Part shown: piece after piece, positions 1 through 9,563 of the stretch | How positions within the stretch are numbered: the stretch's first letter is position 1 | How the letters are laid out: each line of letters opens with the position of its first letter | NCBI GenBank assembly: GCA_964527235.1 | Contig: CAZGNC010000002.1 | Coordinates: 82,381 to 146,380 of the forward strand | Origin: an uncultured Candidatus Saccharibacteria bacterium | Lineage (GTDB): Bacteria > Patescibacteriota > Minisyncoccia > Phycocordibacterales > UBA9973 | Direction: 5' to 3' | DNA length: 64,000 bases | The notes under the pieces: generated by a model | What the model was told of the DNA's origin: nothing | Seen by the model: only the letters and a program-made list of their open reading frames with translations | The model's database searches: none | Made by a program: the position numbers and the translations under genes

Positions 1-561
1 AGATACAAAATTCTCTAATTCTTCAAGTTTAAACTTGGTGAAATTTTTCTTTAGTATCATATCTTTGCCTTTCCAGAACAAAACCCCTATTAATTCCTCC
101 ATACCGACCCCGAGATCTACCGCTTGTCTAAAATAAATCCATAAATTCAATTTATCTCTATTGCCGAACGCATTTGCAAGAAGAAAATTGTCGAACTTTT
201 CTTTTTTCTCTTTTGGAAGTTCAAAAATATTAAGCTCTGTTCGAACTTTTCTAAAAGCATCTAATACCGGCTTCTTTAGTTGTCCTTCTAGAAAAATAAA
301 CTGATTACCTGATTTTTCCATTGATTCTAATTTATTCAGGATAAATTCTTGATTCTCCTCACGGTCAAAAATATTTTCAAAAAATATTGCCATACTACCG
401 AAAAACAAACTCTCACTAGAACAGAAATTCTCTATCTGGGCTGGATCGAAGTTGTTGCGATTCACGAAAAAGCTCTCTGTTTTTTTAGAAACCGAGTCGG
501 TAAATTTTTCATAACTGGCATATTTTTTTTTCGCATCGTCACCGGCAAAGAGATATATCAT
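1..561 (-). CDS. holA: DNA polymerase III delta subunit-like protein, runs off the window start (3' end missing)
   Basis: Not in the ORF track. Manual translation from ATG at 561 gives MIYLFAGDDAKKK...SESLFFG...FIFLEGQLKK...FDNFLLANAFGNRDK...EELIGVLFW, open to position 1. The IYLF.GDD start and the SLF motif are typical of HolA. Confidence 0.65.
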   Translation of the reverse strand, partial: MIYLFAGDDAKKKYASYEKFTDSVSKKTESFFVNRNNFDPAQIENFCSSESLFFGSMAIFFENIFDREENQEFILNKLESMEKSGNQFIFLEGQLKKPVLDAFRKVRTELNIFELPKEKKEKFDNFLLANAFGNRDKLNLWIYFRQAVDLGVGMEELIGVLFWKGKDMILKKNFTKFKLEELENFVS

Positions 562-579
562 GTCGAGCTCTGATAAAAA

Positions 580-1095
580 CTATAATTTTACTGATTTTTT
601 GTACTCTGCGTAGTGTGCCCCGTATCTGGCTTCGAGCTCTTTCTCTTCTTGTCTTAGAAAGACAAACTTTGTCACCAACGAAGCAACAGTGGTGAGGACA
701 ACCACAAATACACCATTTGAAATGAAACCAAAACCAAGCAATAACATATAAAGTCCTAAGTGCGTTGGGCTACGAGTATAAGCATAAGGCCCACGGTAGA
801 AAGTCTCTCTGGTGATATCTTCTCGATGCATAGTTCTCGATGTGTACTGTGCCCAGAAAATAAGGACAGTAGCCAACACCAACATCACTGCCCCAATAGG
901 AGCAAGCATCTCATTAGAGACTATCTTTATTTTAAAGATTAAATCCAAAAGTACCCCACCCAAGAAAGAGAAGAAATATAAGAAATAAGAATGAGCTAAA
1001 ATACGATGTATTTTATACTTATGCAGAGGGTCATCTTCGTGCCCGCCACTAAAGTTATTATCGAGTTCTATTAGTTTTGCGTCGAGGTCATCCAT
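580..1095 (-). CDS. Isoprenylcysteine carboxyl methyltransferase / PEMT-family membrane protein
   Basis: Several TM helices, GPYAYTRSPTHLG and EEKELEARYG..YAEYKK motifs. Start moved to ATG 1095, 6 nt downstream of TGCTATAAT. Confidence 0.75.
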   Translation of the reverse strand: MDDLDAKLIELDNNFSGGHEDDPLHKYKIHRILAHSYFLYFFSFLGGVLLDLIFKIKIVSNEMLAPIGAVMLVLATVLIFWAQYTSRTMHREDITRETFYRGPYAYTRSPTHLGLYMLLLGFGFISNGVFVVVLTTVASLVTKFVFLRQEEKELEARYGAHYAEYKKSVKL

Positions 1096-1119
1096 GGCGA
1101 AATTATAGCACAAAACAAC

Positions 1120-3495
1120 CTATTTTACCTCTCCGAAATTGTTCCCGAAACCAGAGTGCACTTCTAGAGGAATGTCGGTTTTATAGTGTAAATATGATCT
1201 CTCGAGCACTCCCTCCATAGCATCTTTTATAACCCGCTCTGCCTTTTCTAAAACTTCCTCTTTAACTTCATACACAAGTTCATCGTGAATCTGTAAAATC
1301 AAATGCGCGCTATTGAGTAGCCCGGCTTTAGCCAAATCTTCTTCAGCATACCGAATAGCGAGCTTTACTATATCTGCAGTAGCTGTCCCCTGTATCGGTG
1401 CATTGATAGCGGTACGCAAAGCCATGCTCTTAAGAAACGGAATTCTTGAATTAATATTTGGGAACCATCTGCGTCTTCCAAATAAAGTTAGCGTGTAAGA
1501 ATTTTTCATTGCGAATTCTTTTACACTTTCTAGATAACTTTGAATTCCAGCAAATTGATTGAAATAATTATCATAGAATTTCTGCGCTTCTTCGCGAGTG
1601 CCTCCTAGATTCTTTTGAAGAGCTGAAACTCCCATACCGTAAATTATTCCAAAGTTTATGACCTTTGCCCTACGGCGCATTTCAGCATCAACTTTATCTA
1701 TCGGCACACCGAAGACAAATGAAGCTACTCCTGCATGAACATCCTTTCTCTCTTTAAATATCTCGGTCATTTTAGGGTCGCCTGACAGCATAGCAGCCAC
1801 ACGTAGTTCTATCTGACTGTAATCAAGAGCTAAAAGCTTATGGCCTTTCTCGGCAACAAAGCCACCCCTTATGCGTCTACCTAGCTCAGTTTTTATAGGT
1901 AAATTTTGCAAATTCGGATCTTGCGAAGAGAACCTCCCGGTGCTTGCTCCGTTTTGAATAAACCGTGCATGAAGCCTGCCGTCACCGCCTGCCATCTGTG
2001 GGATCACATCTATATAAGTAGATAGGAGTTTTTGCAATTCCCGATAGCTTATTATTTCTTTGATTATCGGATTTTCTTCTTCTAGTTCTTCTAGGATAGA
2101 TATCTTGGTAGAGAAAGCTCCACTAGCTTTTCTTTTCTTGCCCGACTTTATTCCCATCTTCTCGAAGAGCACCTCCCCCATTTGTTTGGGTGAATTAATA
2201 TTGAATTCCGTACCCGCCATCTTGTAAATCTTGGCCGAAAGCTTATCAAGTTCGGTATGATATTCTTTGGATAAATCTTTGAAAAAATCCTTATCTATAA
2301 GTATTCCCCGCTCTTCCATCTTTTTAACCATTGGGATTATTGGTTTTTCTATTTCTTCGTAAACTTTTTCCAAGTCATTATCTTTGAGTTTTTTGAATAT
2401 AAACTCACGTGCCTTATCGAAAGATTTCGTGTTGGCAAAATTTAAAATATCTTCTAAGTTGGGATTAGAAATATCAGAGTTAATAAGCCAAAGCGCGATA
2501 GAAGTCTCCTGAAGTTCCTTGGGGTCAACCTCAGTTTCAACTACCGGAGCGCTTATAGTTTTGTTGTCGCTATGACCATTCTCACCAAAAAAAGTTTTGA
2601 GGCGATTAAACAAACTACGAAATTCAAATTTCGCAAATATCTTCTCGATTTTCTGGGCATCAATTGTTTCCCAAAATGTTTTTTCTGGAATTTTAAAATC
2701 TATCGGCACATCGGTGCGAATTTTCGCCAACGTCTTCGAAAACAATGCTTCTTCTTCGTTGTTTTTAATAAGTTCTATCAGTCGTGGAGAAAGTCCTGCA
2801 TCTTTAAACTGCTTTTCATCCTTTTTAATATTTTTATAAATCTCCTCAATAGTTCCAAATTTAGAAATCAGTGTTGTGGCGGTTTTCTCACCAATCCCCT
2901 TAATGCCGATAATGTTGTCCGATGGGTCGCCACGAAGACCCTTGTAATCAGGCAGAAGTTCTGGAGCAAAGCCGAAACGTGCCAATACTGCTTCTTCGTC
3001 ATATAGAATAGTGTCGTTAATTCCCTTTTTAAGAGTATATATTTGAACTTTCTTGCCATCAATCAACTGCATAGTATCCATATCCCCAGAAGCAATGATG
3101 ATTTTCACATCCTTGTCTTTCTTCATTTTCGTAACTATTGTGCCCAAAACATCGTCAGCTTCAAATCCTGGAGCATCGTATATCGGTATGCCAAAGGCCT
3201 CAAATATCTCTCTAGAATTTTGGAGCTGAACCACCAAAGCGTCGTCGGTCTTAGCCCGGCCAGCCTTGTAGGCATCATAAGCTTCATGTCTAAATGTCTT
3301 CTGAGGTAAGTCGTAACAAGCAACGATATAGTCAGGCTTGAGCTCTGAGATAATCTTCATTAACATAGTAGAGAGCCCGTAGAGAGCCCCCGTTGGCTCA
3401 CCGGAAGACGAAAGGAAGTCAGGCAAGGCATGATAGGCACGATGAATTATCGCGTGGGAATCGAGCAGGACTAAAGTCTTGTTTTTAACAGCCAT
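1120..3495 (-). CDS. polA: DNA polymerase I (5'-3' exonuclease + polymerase domains)
   Basis: LLDSHAIIHRAYHA, FEADD, GDPSDNI, DYSQIELR, AKVINFGIIYG and QIHDELV motifs. ATG 3495 lies 7 nt from TATAAT. Confidence 0.97.
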   Translation of the reverse strand: MAVKNKTLVLLDSHAIIHRAYHALPDFLSSSGEPTGALYGLSTMLMKIISELKPDYIVACYDLPQKTFRHEAYDAYKAGRAKTDDALVVQLQNSREIFEAFGIPIYDAPGFEADDVLGTIVTKMKKDKDVKIIIASGDMDTMQLIDGKKVQIYTLKKGINDTILYDEEAVLARFGFAPELLPDYKGLRGDPSDNIIGIKGIGEKTATTLISKFGTIEEIYKNIKKDEKQFKDAGLSPRLIELIKNNEEEALFSKTLAKIRTDVPIDFKIPEKTFWETIDAQKIEKIFAKFEFRSLFNRLKTFFGENGHSDNKTISAPVVETEVDPKELQETSIALWLINSDISNPNLEDILNFANTKSFDKAREFIFKKLKDNDLEKVYEEIEKPIIPMVKKMEERGILIDKDFFKDLSKEYHTELDKLSAKIYKMAGTEFNINSPKQMGEVLFEKMGIKSGKKRKASGAFSTKISILEELEEENPIIKEIISYRELQKLLSTYIDVIPQMAGGDGRLHARFIQNGASTGRFSSQDPNLQNLPIKTELGRRIRGGFVAEKGHKLLALDYSQIELRVAAMLSGDPKMTEIFKERKDVHAGVASFVFGVPIDKVDAEMRRRAKVINFGIIYGMGVSALQKNLGGTREEAQKFYDNYFNQFAGIQSYLESVKEFAMKNSYTLTLFGRRRWFPNINSRIPFLKSMALRTAINAPIQGTATADIVKLAIRYAEEDLAKAGLLNSAHLILQIHDELVYEVKEEVLEKAERVIKDAMEGVLERSYLHYKTDIPLEVHSGFGNNFGEVK

Positions 3496-3533
3496 TATGG
3501 AAATTATACCATTTGGGCTATACTTTATATACA

Positions 3534-5231
3534 ATGGCATCTTTTGATGAAGAAAAGCAGAATAAAGACCTAGAAGACCTGCTCAAAGAAGAGGAAGAGC
3601 AGTTGGTGCAGATGTTGGCAGAAACTAAATACAACATGCCTTACGCCAACATGCTAAATATCGGTATCGACAACGAGGCACTTAGGTCTATCCCCGAAAG
3701 CGAAGCCGTCGCTCATGGAGTCGCTCCTTTTAAACTTTCAGGTAAAAATATTTTCATCGGTGTTCGCTCTCCTTCTCCTGAATTAATGCAAGATATTTAT
3801 GAAAAAATTGAGAAACAGGGATTGATACCGGTTTTTTATATGGTTTCCAAACGAAGCCTGGAGAAAGTCTGGAGTCGTTATAAGGAACTTTCACTAGCAG
3901 AAAATTCTAAAGCGGGAGGCATCGAAGTCTCAGCAACGGCACTTCAAGAAATAATCAGCAAGATAGCCAAGATGCAAGACGTCAGCAATCTGATCAACCA
4001 AACCGTCGAAGAAGAAAAAGTTCACAAAATCTCTCACCTCCTAGAAATTATTCTAGCTGGAGCCATAGCTATCAAAGCATCAGACGTGCACATAGAGCCA
4101 GAAAAAGACGGCTGTCGCGTTAGACTAAGACTGGACGGAGTACTCCAAGACGTCGCTTATTTAAAAATGGATGTATATCCTCTGCTTGATTCCCGCATCA
4201 AGCTTCTATCTGGAGTAAAATTAAATTCTCAAACCACTCAAGACGGAAGATTTAGTATTGTTGAGGGTGGAGCTGAAATAAATGTCCGTTCTTCTTTTAT
4301 TCCTGGAGCATACGGAGACTCTATCTCTATGAGAGTGCTCGACCCAAGAGCTATCCAAATAAAAATGGAGGAAATGGGAATGGATGCTTCTCTGCTTAAA
4401 CTCGTAGAACAAAACATTGCGAAACCAAACGGGCTCATCTTGGTTACAGGACCAACTGGCTCGGGTAAAACCACTACTCTTTATGCTTTCTTAAGTAAGA
4501 TTTACTCTACTGAAATAAACATAATAACCATCGAAGACCCTATCGAATACCACCTAAATGGCATCACTCAAACCCAAATAAACCTAGGCAACAACTACAC
4601 CTTCCCTGAGGGTCTGCGTTCAGCACTACGCCAAGACCCCGACGTAATAATGGTGGGAGAAATACGCGACGAAGACACTGCAAAAATAGCAGTGCAGTCG
4701 GCCCTCACTGGACACATGGTTTTCTCAACACTTCACACCAACAACGCAGCCGGTACAATCCCCCGCTTGATAGACCTTGGAGTAAATGCAAAGATTTTAG
4801 TCTCTGCGCTATCACTCTCAATGGCACAGCGCTTGGTCAGAAAACTCTGCACAAATTGCAAAAAAGAAAGATCTCTTACCGAAGAAGAGTCTGGCTTGTT
4901 TAAAACAATTATAAGTCAGATGAAAGAAGACGGTAAAGAATTAGAAAAGTTTGGAGTAAAGAATGCCGATACGGATAAAGTATTTTCTGCAGTTGGGTGT
5001 GAGAAATGCAACATGACTGGATACACAGGTAGGGTTGGAATATTCGAAGCAATCAAAACAGACGAGGCTATTGAGAAAGTTATGACAGAAAACCCAAGCG
5101 AGCGAGAAATAAAGAAAGCTGCACGAAAGCAAGGAATCCTAACTATGCGCGAAGATGGTATTGTGAAAATTCTAAGTGGTATTACTTCTATCGAAGAAGT
5201 CGCGGGAGTAGTAGATCTAAAAGAGGAATAA
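3534..5231 (+). CDS. pilB: GspE/PulE/PilB family pilus assembly ATPase
   Basis: ASDVHIEP, Walker A GPTGSGKTT, TIEDPIEY, LRQDPDVIMVGEIRD, STLHTN and CxxC...CxxC zinc site. Confidence 0.9.
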   Translation: MASFDEEKQNKDLEDLLKEEEEQLVQMLAETKYNMPYANMLNIGIDNEALRSIPESEAVAHGVAPFKLSGKNIFIGVRSPSPELMQDIYEKIEKQGLIPVFYMVSKRSLEKVWSRYKELSLAENSKAGGIEVSATALQEIISKIAKMQDVSNLINQTVEEEKVHKISHLLEIILAGAIAIKASDVHIEPEKDGCRVRLRLDGVLQDVAYLKMDVYPLLDSRIKLLSGVKLNSQTTQDGRFSIVEGGAEINVRSSFIPGAYGDSISMRVLDPRAIQIKMEEMGMDASLLKLVEQNIAKPNGLILVTGPTGSGKTTTLYAFLSKIYSTEINIITIEDPIEYHLNGITQTQINLGNNYTFPEGLRSALRQDPDVIMVGEIRDEDTAKIAVQSALTGHMVFSTLHTNNAAGTIPRLIDLGVNAKILVSALSLSMAQRLVRKLCTNCKKERSLTEEESGLFKTIISQMKEDGKELEKFGVKNADTDKVFSAVGCEKCNMTGYTGRVGIFEAIKTDEAIEKVMTENPSEREIKKAARKQGILTMREDGIVKILSGITSIEEVAGVVDLKEE

Positions 5232-5257
5232 TCGAACTAAGTCTATTAGTGCAAAAA

Positions 5258-6034
5258 CTAGTTCAACAACCCTTTGAAAACCAAACAGGCTGGCCCAGTC
5301 AGCCAAATATTATCGTAATTTCCCTCTGATTTTTTTTCAAACTCTACAAGAAGCTTCCCTCCTCTAGTTTGAACAGTGCAAACATTACTAGCTAAAAGCC
5401 CTAAATGATGTGCTGCTATCGCTACAGAAGTAGAGCCAGTACCGCAAGCCATTGTCTCATCTTCTACCCCTCTCTCGTAAGTACGAACATGCAGAACTCC
5501 ATCCTTAATTTGAGTAAAATTTGTATTGACCCCATTCGGATCCGAATACCTTATCTTGCGACCTTCAGACACAACAGGGAAATTTTCAATATCTTCCACA
5601 AACATCACATTGTGTGGCGTAGTGCCAGAAAACAAAAACGGCAGATTGTTGCGTGTTAAAATTTGAGAAACATTTTGCATTTTTAATTTAACAATATCTC
5701 CATCTATCTCTGCTTTATGCTCTCCATCCACCGCCATGAAATAAACTTCTTTCGGATTTTTTATTATCTTTAAAACATTGTGTGCGAAATGCACGATACA
5801 CCTTCCTCCATTACCACACATTGCACCTGTGCTGCCATCACTGTTTATATAAACCATTCTGAAATCAAACCCGGGCTCTTCTTCTAAAAGCATTATCCCG
5901 TCTGCTCCAACGCCAAACCTCCTGTGACACAAAAGCTTAATTAATTCTATGTCTTTTTTATCAAAAAGAGGATCTCTGTTGTCTATCAATATAAAATCAT
6001 TACCTGCACCGTGATATTTATAGAAATTTTGCAT
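5258..6034 (-). CDS. dapF: Diaminopimelate epimerase
   Basis: FYKYHGAGNDF, GVGADG, MCGNGGRC, RTYERGVEDETMACGTG. Both catalytic cysteines are present. Confidence 0.95.
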   Translation of the reverse strand: MQNFYKYHGAGNDFILIDNRDPLFDKKDIELIKLLCHRRFGVGADGIMLLEEEPGFDFRMVYINSDGSTGAMCGNGGRCIVHFAHNVLKIIKNPKEVYFMAVDGEHKAEIDGDIVKLKMQNVSQILTRNNLPFLFSGTTPHNVMFVEDIENFPVVSEGRKIRYSDPNGVNTNFTQIKDGVLHVRTYERGVEDETMACGTGSTSVAIAAHHLGLLASNVCTVQTRGGKLLVEFEKKSEGNYDNIWLTGPACLVFKGLLN

Positions 6035-6050
6035 ATTTTAAATTACATTA

Positions 6051-6075
6051 CCTGCTGACATGTTTTGTCAGCAGG
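6051..6075. other. 10-bp perfect hairpin just upstream of dapF
   Basis: CCTGCTGACA-TGTTT-TGTCAGCAGG. There is no clear U-tract, so it is not called a terminator. Confidence 0.55.
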
Positions 6076-6120
6076 GCCGCACTCATTATTTATTTTTGTG
6101 GGACAAGACCCAACAATCTA

Positions 6121-6315
6121 CTAATCTGCTCCCGCGAACAAAGAACCTCCATTATCCCAAACCACGGGCAAGCCATCAAAAATCTTCTCTGATGAGTTAC
6201 CGGAAGCTTTGTGAGTAGACGCTATGTGTTCAGCGTATTCTCTACAAGAGGCTTCAATAATAAGAGTATAGATGTGACTACCTTCGCGGTTCTTGATCTT
6301 GTAAATGAAGAACAT
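6121..6315 (-). CDS. Small orphan protein (64 aa)
   Basis: ATG at 6315 preceded by AGGAG-N5. MFFIYKIKNREG...; no family recognised. Confidence 0.45.
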   Translation of the reverse strand: MFFIYKIKNREGSHIYTLIIEASCREYAEHIASTHKASGNSSEKIFDGLPVVWDNGGSLFAGAD

Positions 6316-6345
6316 GGTTACTCCTGGCAAGTGTCTGTATACAGA

Positions 6346-6410
6346 TTACAAAAACAGCTTACAAATGTTAAGTTTTCTAACATTCATCTTGTGTTTTTAA
6401 CTTTTTGTAA
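6346..6410. promoter_or_regulatory. Nested inverted repeats in a divergent promoter region (candidate operator)
   Basis: TTACAAAAA (6346-6354) / TTTTTGTAA (6402-6410) and AATGTTA (6364-6370) / TAACATT (6378-6384). Confidence 0.4.
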
Positions 6411-6430
6411 AATCTGTTAAGATTCCCAAT

Positions 6431-7090
6431 ATGATCAAAATACACCCGATTGTGCGGGAAATATTACTAAAAGAAGTAGAGGCGCTGTTTGCCTTAACTA
6501 ACGGGTATATGAATATGAGTAGCTATGCTCACCGCATACTCCCCCGAGTAGAAGCCAAAGCCAAGAAACCGGTCACCATAACCAGCCTAGTCGTCTCTTT
6601 ATCACGGCTTAAAAAAGAATTAAAAAAGGAGAAACCCCTGATACATAATGTAAAAATAAAAAACATTACCACCAAACTACCCTTATCTGAAATAATTTAT
6701 GAAAATAGTAACAAATTTATTAACGAGCTAGAATCTCTGCACAAGAACATATCTTTAACCCAGGAAGATTTTTTCACCACCACCATAGGAACCACTGAAG
6801 TTGATATTATCTGTTCTTCTAATTTAGAAAGCAAAATACTTAAACATTTTAAAATAAAACCCAAATTTACAAATCATGGCTTTGCCGCCATAGGAGTTTC
6901 ATACGGACCTGAAGTTTTCGGCACCCCGAACGTCTTCTTTTCCCTTCTATCTATCACAGCTCGAGCACGCATCAACATTGAAGAGCTGGTTTCCACACCG
7001 ACTGAATTAATTTTTATTGTCGCAGAGAAAGATTTTAGTAAAACCGTGGCTTTGTTTTCAGAATTACATCGAGAAGTTCGTGAGAAATAA
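6431..7090 (+). CDS. Putative amino-acid-responsive regulator: N-terminal helical/HTH-like domain + C-terminal ACT-like domain
   Basis: N-terminal GYMNMSSYAHRI...SLVVSLSR and C-terminal INIEELVSTPTELIFIV. Resembles the non-catalytic proteins often mislabelled 'aspartate kinase'; no kinase domain. Confidence 0.6.
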   Translation: MIKIHPIVREILLKEVEALFALTNGYMNMSSYAHRILPRVEAKAKKPVTITSLVVSLSRLKKELKKEKPLIHNVKIKNITTKLPLSEIIYENSNKFINELESLHKNISLTQEDFFTTTIGTTEVDIICSSNLESKILKHFKIKPKFTNHGFAAIGVSYGPEVFGTPNVFFSLLSITARARINIEELVSTPTELIFIVAEKDFSKTVALFSELHREVREK

Positions 7091-7247
7091 AAAAAGCATT
7101 AATCTCTAAACAATCCTTTCAAAGATAAACTTCAAAAGTAACAAATTCTTGAAGGATAGTTCCAGCGAGCTAATTAAAGTGCCAAAACGTCCTACGCAAA
7201 TTTGTATAACCTGTGGCTGATTGCTTAGAGATTAATGCCTTCTCTTG
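7090..7247 (-). ncRNA. Candidate 6S-like rod-shaped RNA
   Basis: 20-bp closing stem (7096-7115 / 7219-7238) whose single mismatch is a G-U pair on the minus strand. Internal stem (7141-7147 / 7199-7205; 7153-7156 / 7190-7193). TATAAT at 7254-7259 (minus) and a U-tract after the stem. Confidence 0.55.
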
Positions 7248-7358
7248 CTTACAATTATACTATTATAGAGTAGCGCCTAGATGCTATAATGTGCATAGAG
7301 GTGTTGATACCCTGTTGATAAACTTATTACTTCGGTAGTATAGCATATTACTAAACCA

Positions 7359-8357
7359 ATGTCAAGTAACAATAATGAGAAAATTGAAGACTCTGTTTTA
7401 GACCAAACCCTGCGCCCAACAGCCTGGGAAGAGTACGTTGGCCAAAAACACATAAAAGACAACGTTAAAATCCTGCTCAAGGCAGCCGAAGAACGTGGCC
7501 ATATACCCGAACACATACTATTCTACGGCCCTCCAGGGCTCGGCAAGACTACTTTAGCTCACCTTATAGCTAAAGAGACAGGCCGACAAATGAAAGTCAC
7601 CTCAGGCCCAGCCATAGAAAAGGTTGGTGACCTGGCTTCGGTTCTCACCAATCTATCCCCTGGGGACATACTTTTCATAGATGAAATCCACAGACTCAAC
7701 AAAATGGTGGAAGAAATACTCTACCCTGCGATGGAGTCAGGAGTGCTCGATATCATCATCGGCAAGGGACCATCAGCTAGAACGATACAGCTAGATCTAC
7801 CTCCTTTCACTCTTATAGCGGCAACCACTCGTGTCGCTCTAGTTTCCTCCCCTCTTCGTTCACGTTTCTCTGGAGGAGTTTTCAGAATGGAATTTTATTC
7901 TAACGAAGAAATCGCTCAGATTGTAAAAAGATCTAGCTCACTACTGAAAACCGAACTAGACGAAGAAGCATTGCACGAAATAGCTAGACGCAGTAGGTGT
8001 ACTCCAAGAACAGCAAACTACTTCCTAAAGCGCTGTCGAGATTATGCTCAGGTGCATAAGAAAAATTTAGATAAACAAACAGTGAAAGGCGCGTTGGATA
8101 TGTTGGCGATAGATGAAATAGGACTTAATGCTCTCGATAGAAAATTCTTAGAGATACTAATAGAGAAATTTAACGGTGGACCGATAGGACTCAAGACTAT
8201 AAGCGCCGCTCTTGCTGAAGAAGAGGCAACAGTAGAAGAAGTTATGGAGCCTTACTTGATACAACTAGGACTTCTAGAACGCACCGCTCGTGGACGAGTC
8301 GCTACCAAAAAAGCCTACGAGCATTTGGGTTTTGACTTTGTGGACGAAGCGAAATAA
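7359..8357 (+). CDS. ruvB: Holliday junction branch migration helicase RuvB
   Basis: LRP..WEEYVGQ, GPPGLGKTT, FIDEIHRL, LPPFTLIAATTR, EPYLIQ.G.LERT.RGR. Confidence 0.97.
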   Translation: MSSNNNEKIEDSVLDQTLRPTAWEEYVGQKHIKDNVKILLKAAEERGHIPEHILFYGPPGLGKTTLAHLIAKETGRQMKVTSGPAIEKVGDLASVLTNLSPGDILFIDEIHRLNKMVEEILYPAMESGVLDIIIGKGPSARTIQLDLPPFTLIAATTRVALVSSPLRSRFSGGVFRMEFYSNEEIAQIVKRSSSLLKTELDEEALHEIARRSRCTPRTANYFLKRCRDYAQVHKKNLDKQTVKGALDMLAIDEIGLNALDRKFLEILIEKFNGGPIGLKTISAALAEEEATVEEVMEPYLIQLGLLERTARGRVATKKAYEHLGFDFVDEAK

Positions 8358-8369
8358 ACTGATACACAT

Positions 8370-8906
8370 ATGGCAGGACATAATAAATGGGCGCAAATAA
8401 AACACAAAAAGGCTATTACTGATGCCAAGAAAAGCAAGATTTTCTCAAAGCTTGTGCGATTCATCGCGGTTGAAGCACGGCTCTCAGGTGGCAAAGACTC
8501 TCCGGGGCTACGTGCGGCCATTGAAAAAGCGCGCAAGGTAAACATGCCGGCAGACAACATTGAACGCGCAATAAAGAAAGCCAGTGAACCTGGTGTGCAA
8601 ATGGAATCTATCGCCTACGAAGCATACGGCCCAGGTGGTGTAGGAATAATTATTGAAACTTTAACAAACAACAAAAACCGAACCGCTCAAGAAATAAAGC
8701 ACATACTTTCAGTCAACGGCACAGCACTAGGATCCATCGGCTCGGTAGTCTGGGCATTTAAAAAAGAAATTTCTCCAGAAGGATTAGTGTGGCTACCAAC
8801 TTCAACCATTTCCCTGGGAGATGAAGACTTGAACCTTCTAGGGAAACTAGTAGAAGAACTAGAAGAAAACGACGACGTGCAGGAAGTATTTACCAACGCG
8901 GAATAA
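8370..8906 (+). CDS. yebC: YebC/PmpR family protein (short form)
   Basis: MAGHNKWAQIKHKK, NMPADNIERAI, YEAYGPGGV, LEENDDVQEVFTN. Confidence 0.93.
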   Translation: MAGHNKWAQIKHKKAITDAKKSKIFSKLVRFIAVEARLSGGKDSPGLRAAIEKARKVNMPADNIERAIKKASEPGVQMESIAYEAYGPGGVGIIIETLTNNKNRTAQEIKHILSVNGTALGSIGSVVWAFKKEISPEGLVWLPTSTISLGDEDLNLLGKLVEELEENDDVQEVFTNAE

Positions 8907-8917
8907 AATATTTATAT

Positions 8918-9421
8918 ATGAGAATTTTAGGGATAGATCCTGGCTTTGAAAGACTAGGTATCGCCATACTTGAGAAAAATACTTCTGACCCGAAAGAACA
9001 TGTCGTCTTTTCTACGTGTTTTAAAACTCCGGCGAGCTTGCCTTTTGAGGAACGGCTTAAATTAATAGGCACTGAGGTAAAAGAAAAAATAAAAAAATAT
9101 AAACCAGACATACTAGCCATAGAAACACTGTTCTTAACTAACAATCAAAAGACGGTTATGCGTGTGGCTGAGGCCCGGGGAGTGGTTCTATATGAGAGCA
9201 TAAGTGCTGGTTTGCAGATTTTTGAACTATCTCCTCTTCAAATCAAGATGTCTATTACTGGATATGGTCGTGCTGACAAAAAACAAATACTCAAAATGGT
9301 GAAAATGCTCGTAAAGATCGAGGATTCTAAGAATTCAGACGACGAACTAGACGCCATAGCTGTAGCTCTAGCTGGTTTTGCTGAAAGCAAAAATATCAAG
9401 AGGTTGACCCAGAAAAGCTAA
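8918..9421 (+). CDS. ruvC: Holliday junction resolvase RuvC
   Basis: ILGIDPG, AIE.LF, EARGV, GYGRADK.Q, DDELDAIAVA. Confidence 0.95.
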   Translation: MRILGIDPGFERLGIAILEKNTSDPKEHVVFSTCFKTPASLPFEERLKLIGTEVKEKIKKYKPDILAIETLFLTNNQKTVMRVAEARGVVLYESISAGLQIFELSPLQIKMSITGYGRADKKQILKMVKMLVKIEDSKNSDDELDAIAVALAGFAESKNIKRLTQKS

Positions 9422-9430
9422 GTCAGCTAG

Positions 9431-9439
9431 TTATCCACA
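9431..9439 (+). promoter_or_regulatory. Perfect DnaA box upstream of a putative promoter
   Basis: TTATCCACA. Confidence 0.55.
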
Positions 9440-9563
9440 TTTTTCAGTATTAATTCTTGCTAAAGAAGAATGTTTTTGATAAAACTAAAGAAAATAATTT
9501 TATTAAGATATTTTAAGTGTTTGTTAATTGGTCGTTTATAAAAATTTAGAGTAAAAATTTCGC

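Noticed and set aside
349-573. Plus-strand 74-aa ORF and the many other short antisense ORFs in the track
   Set aside because: They are shadows of confidently assigned genes on the opposite strand (here holA) and carry no motifs.
6245-6340. AGAGGC...AAGAGTA near dapF resembling the start of a lysine riboswitch
   Set aside because: It is on the wrong strand for dapF, the downstream GAAAGG/GCCGAA elements are missing, and it lies inside a plausible small ORF.
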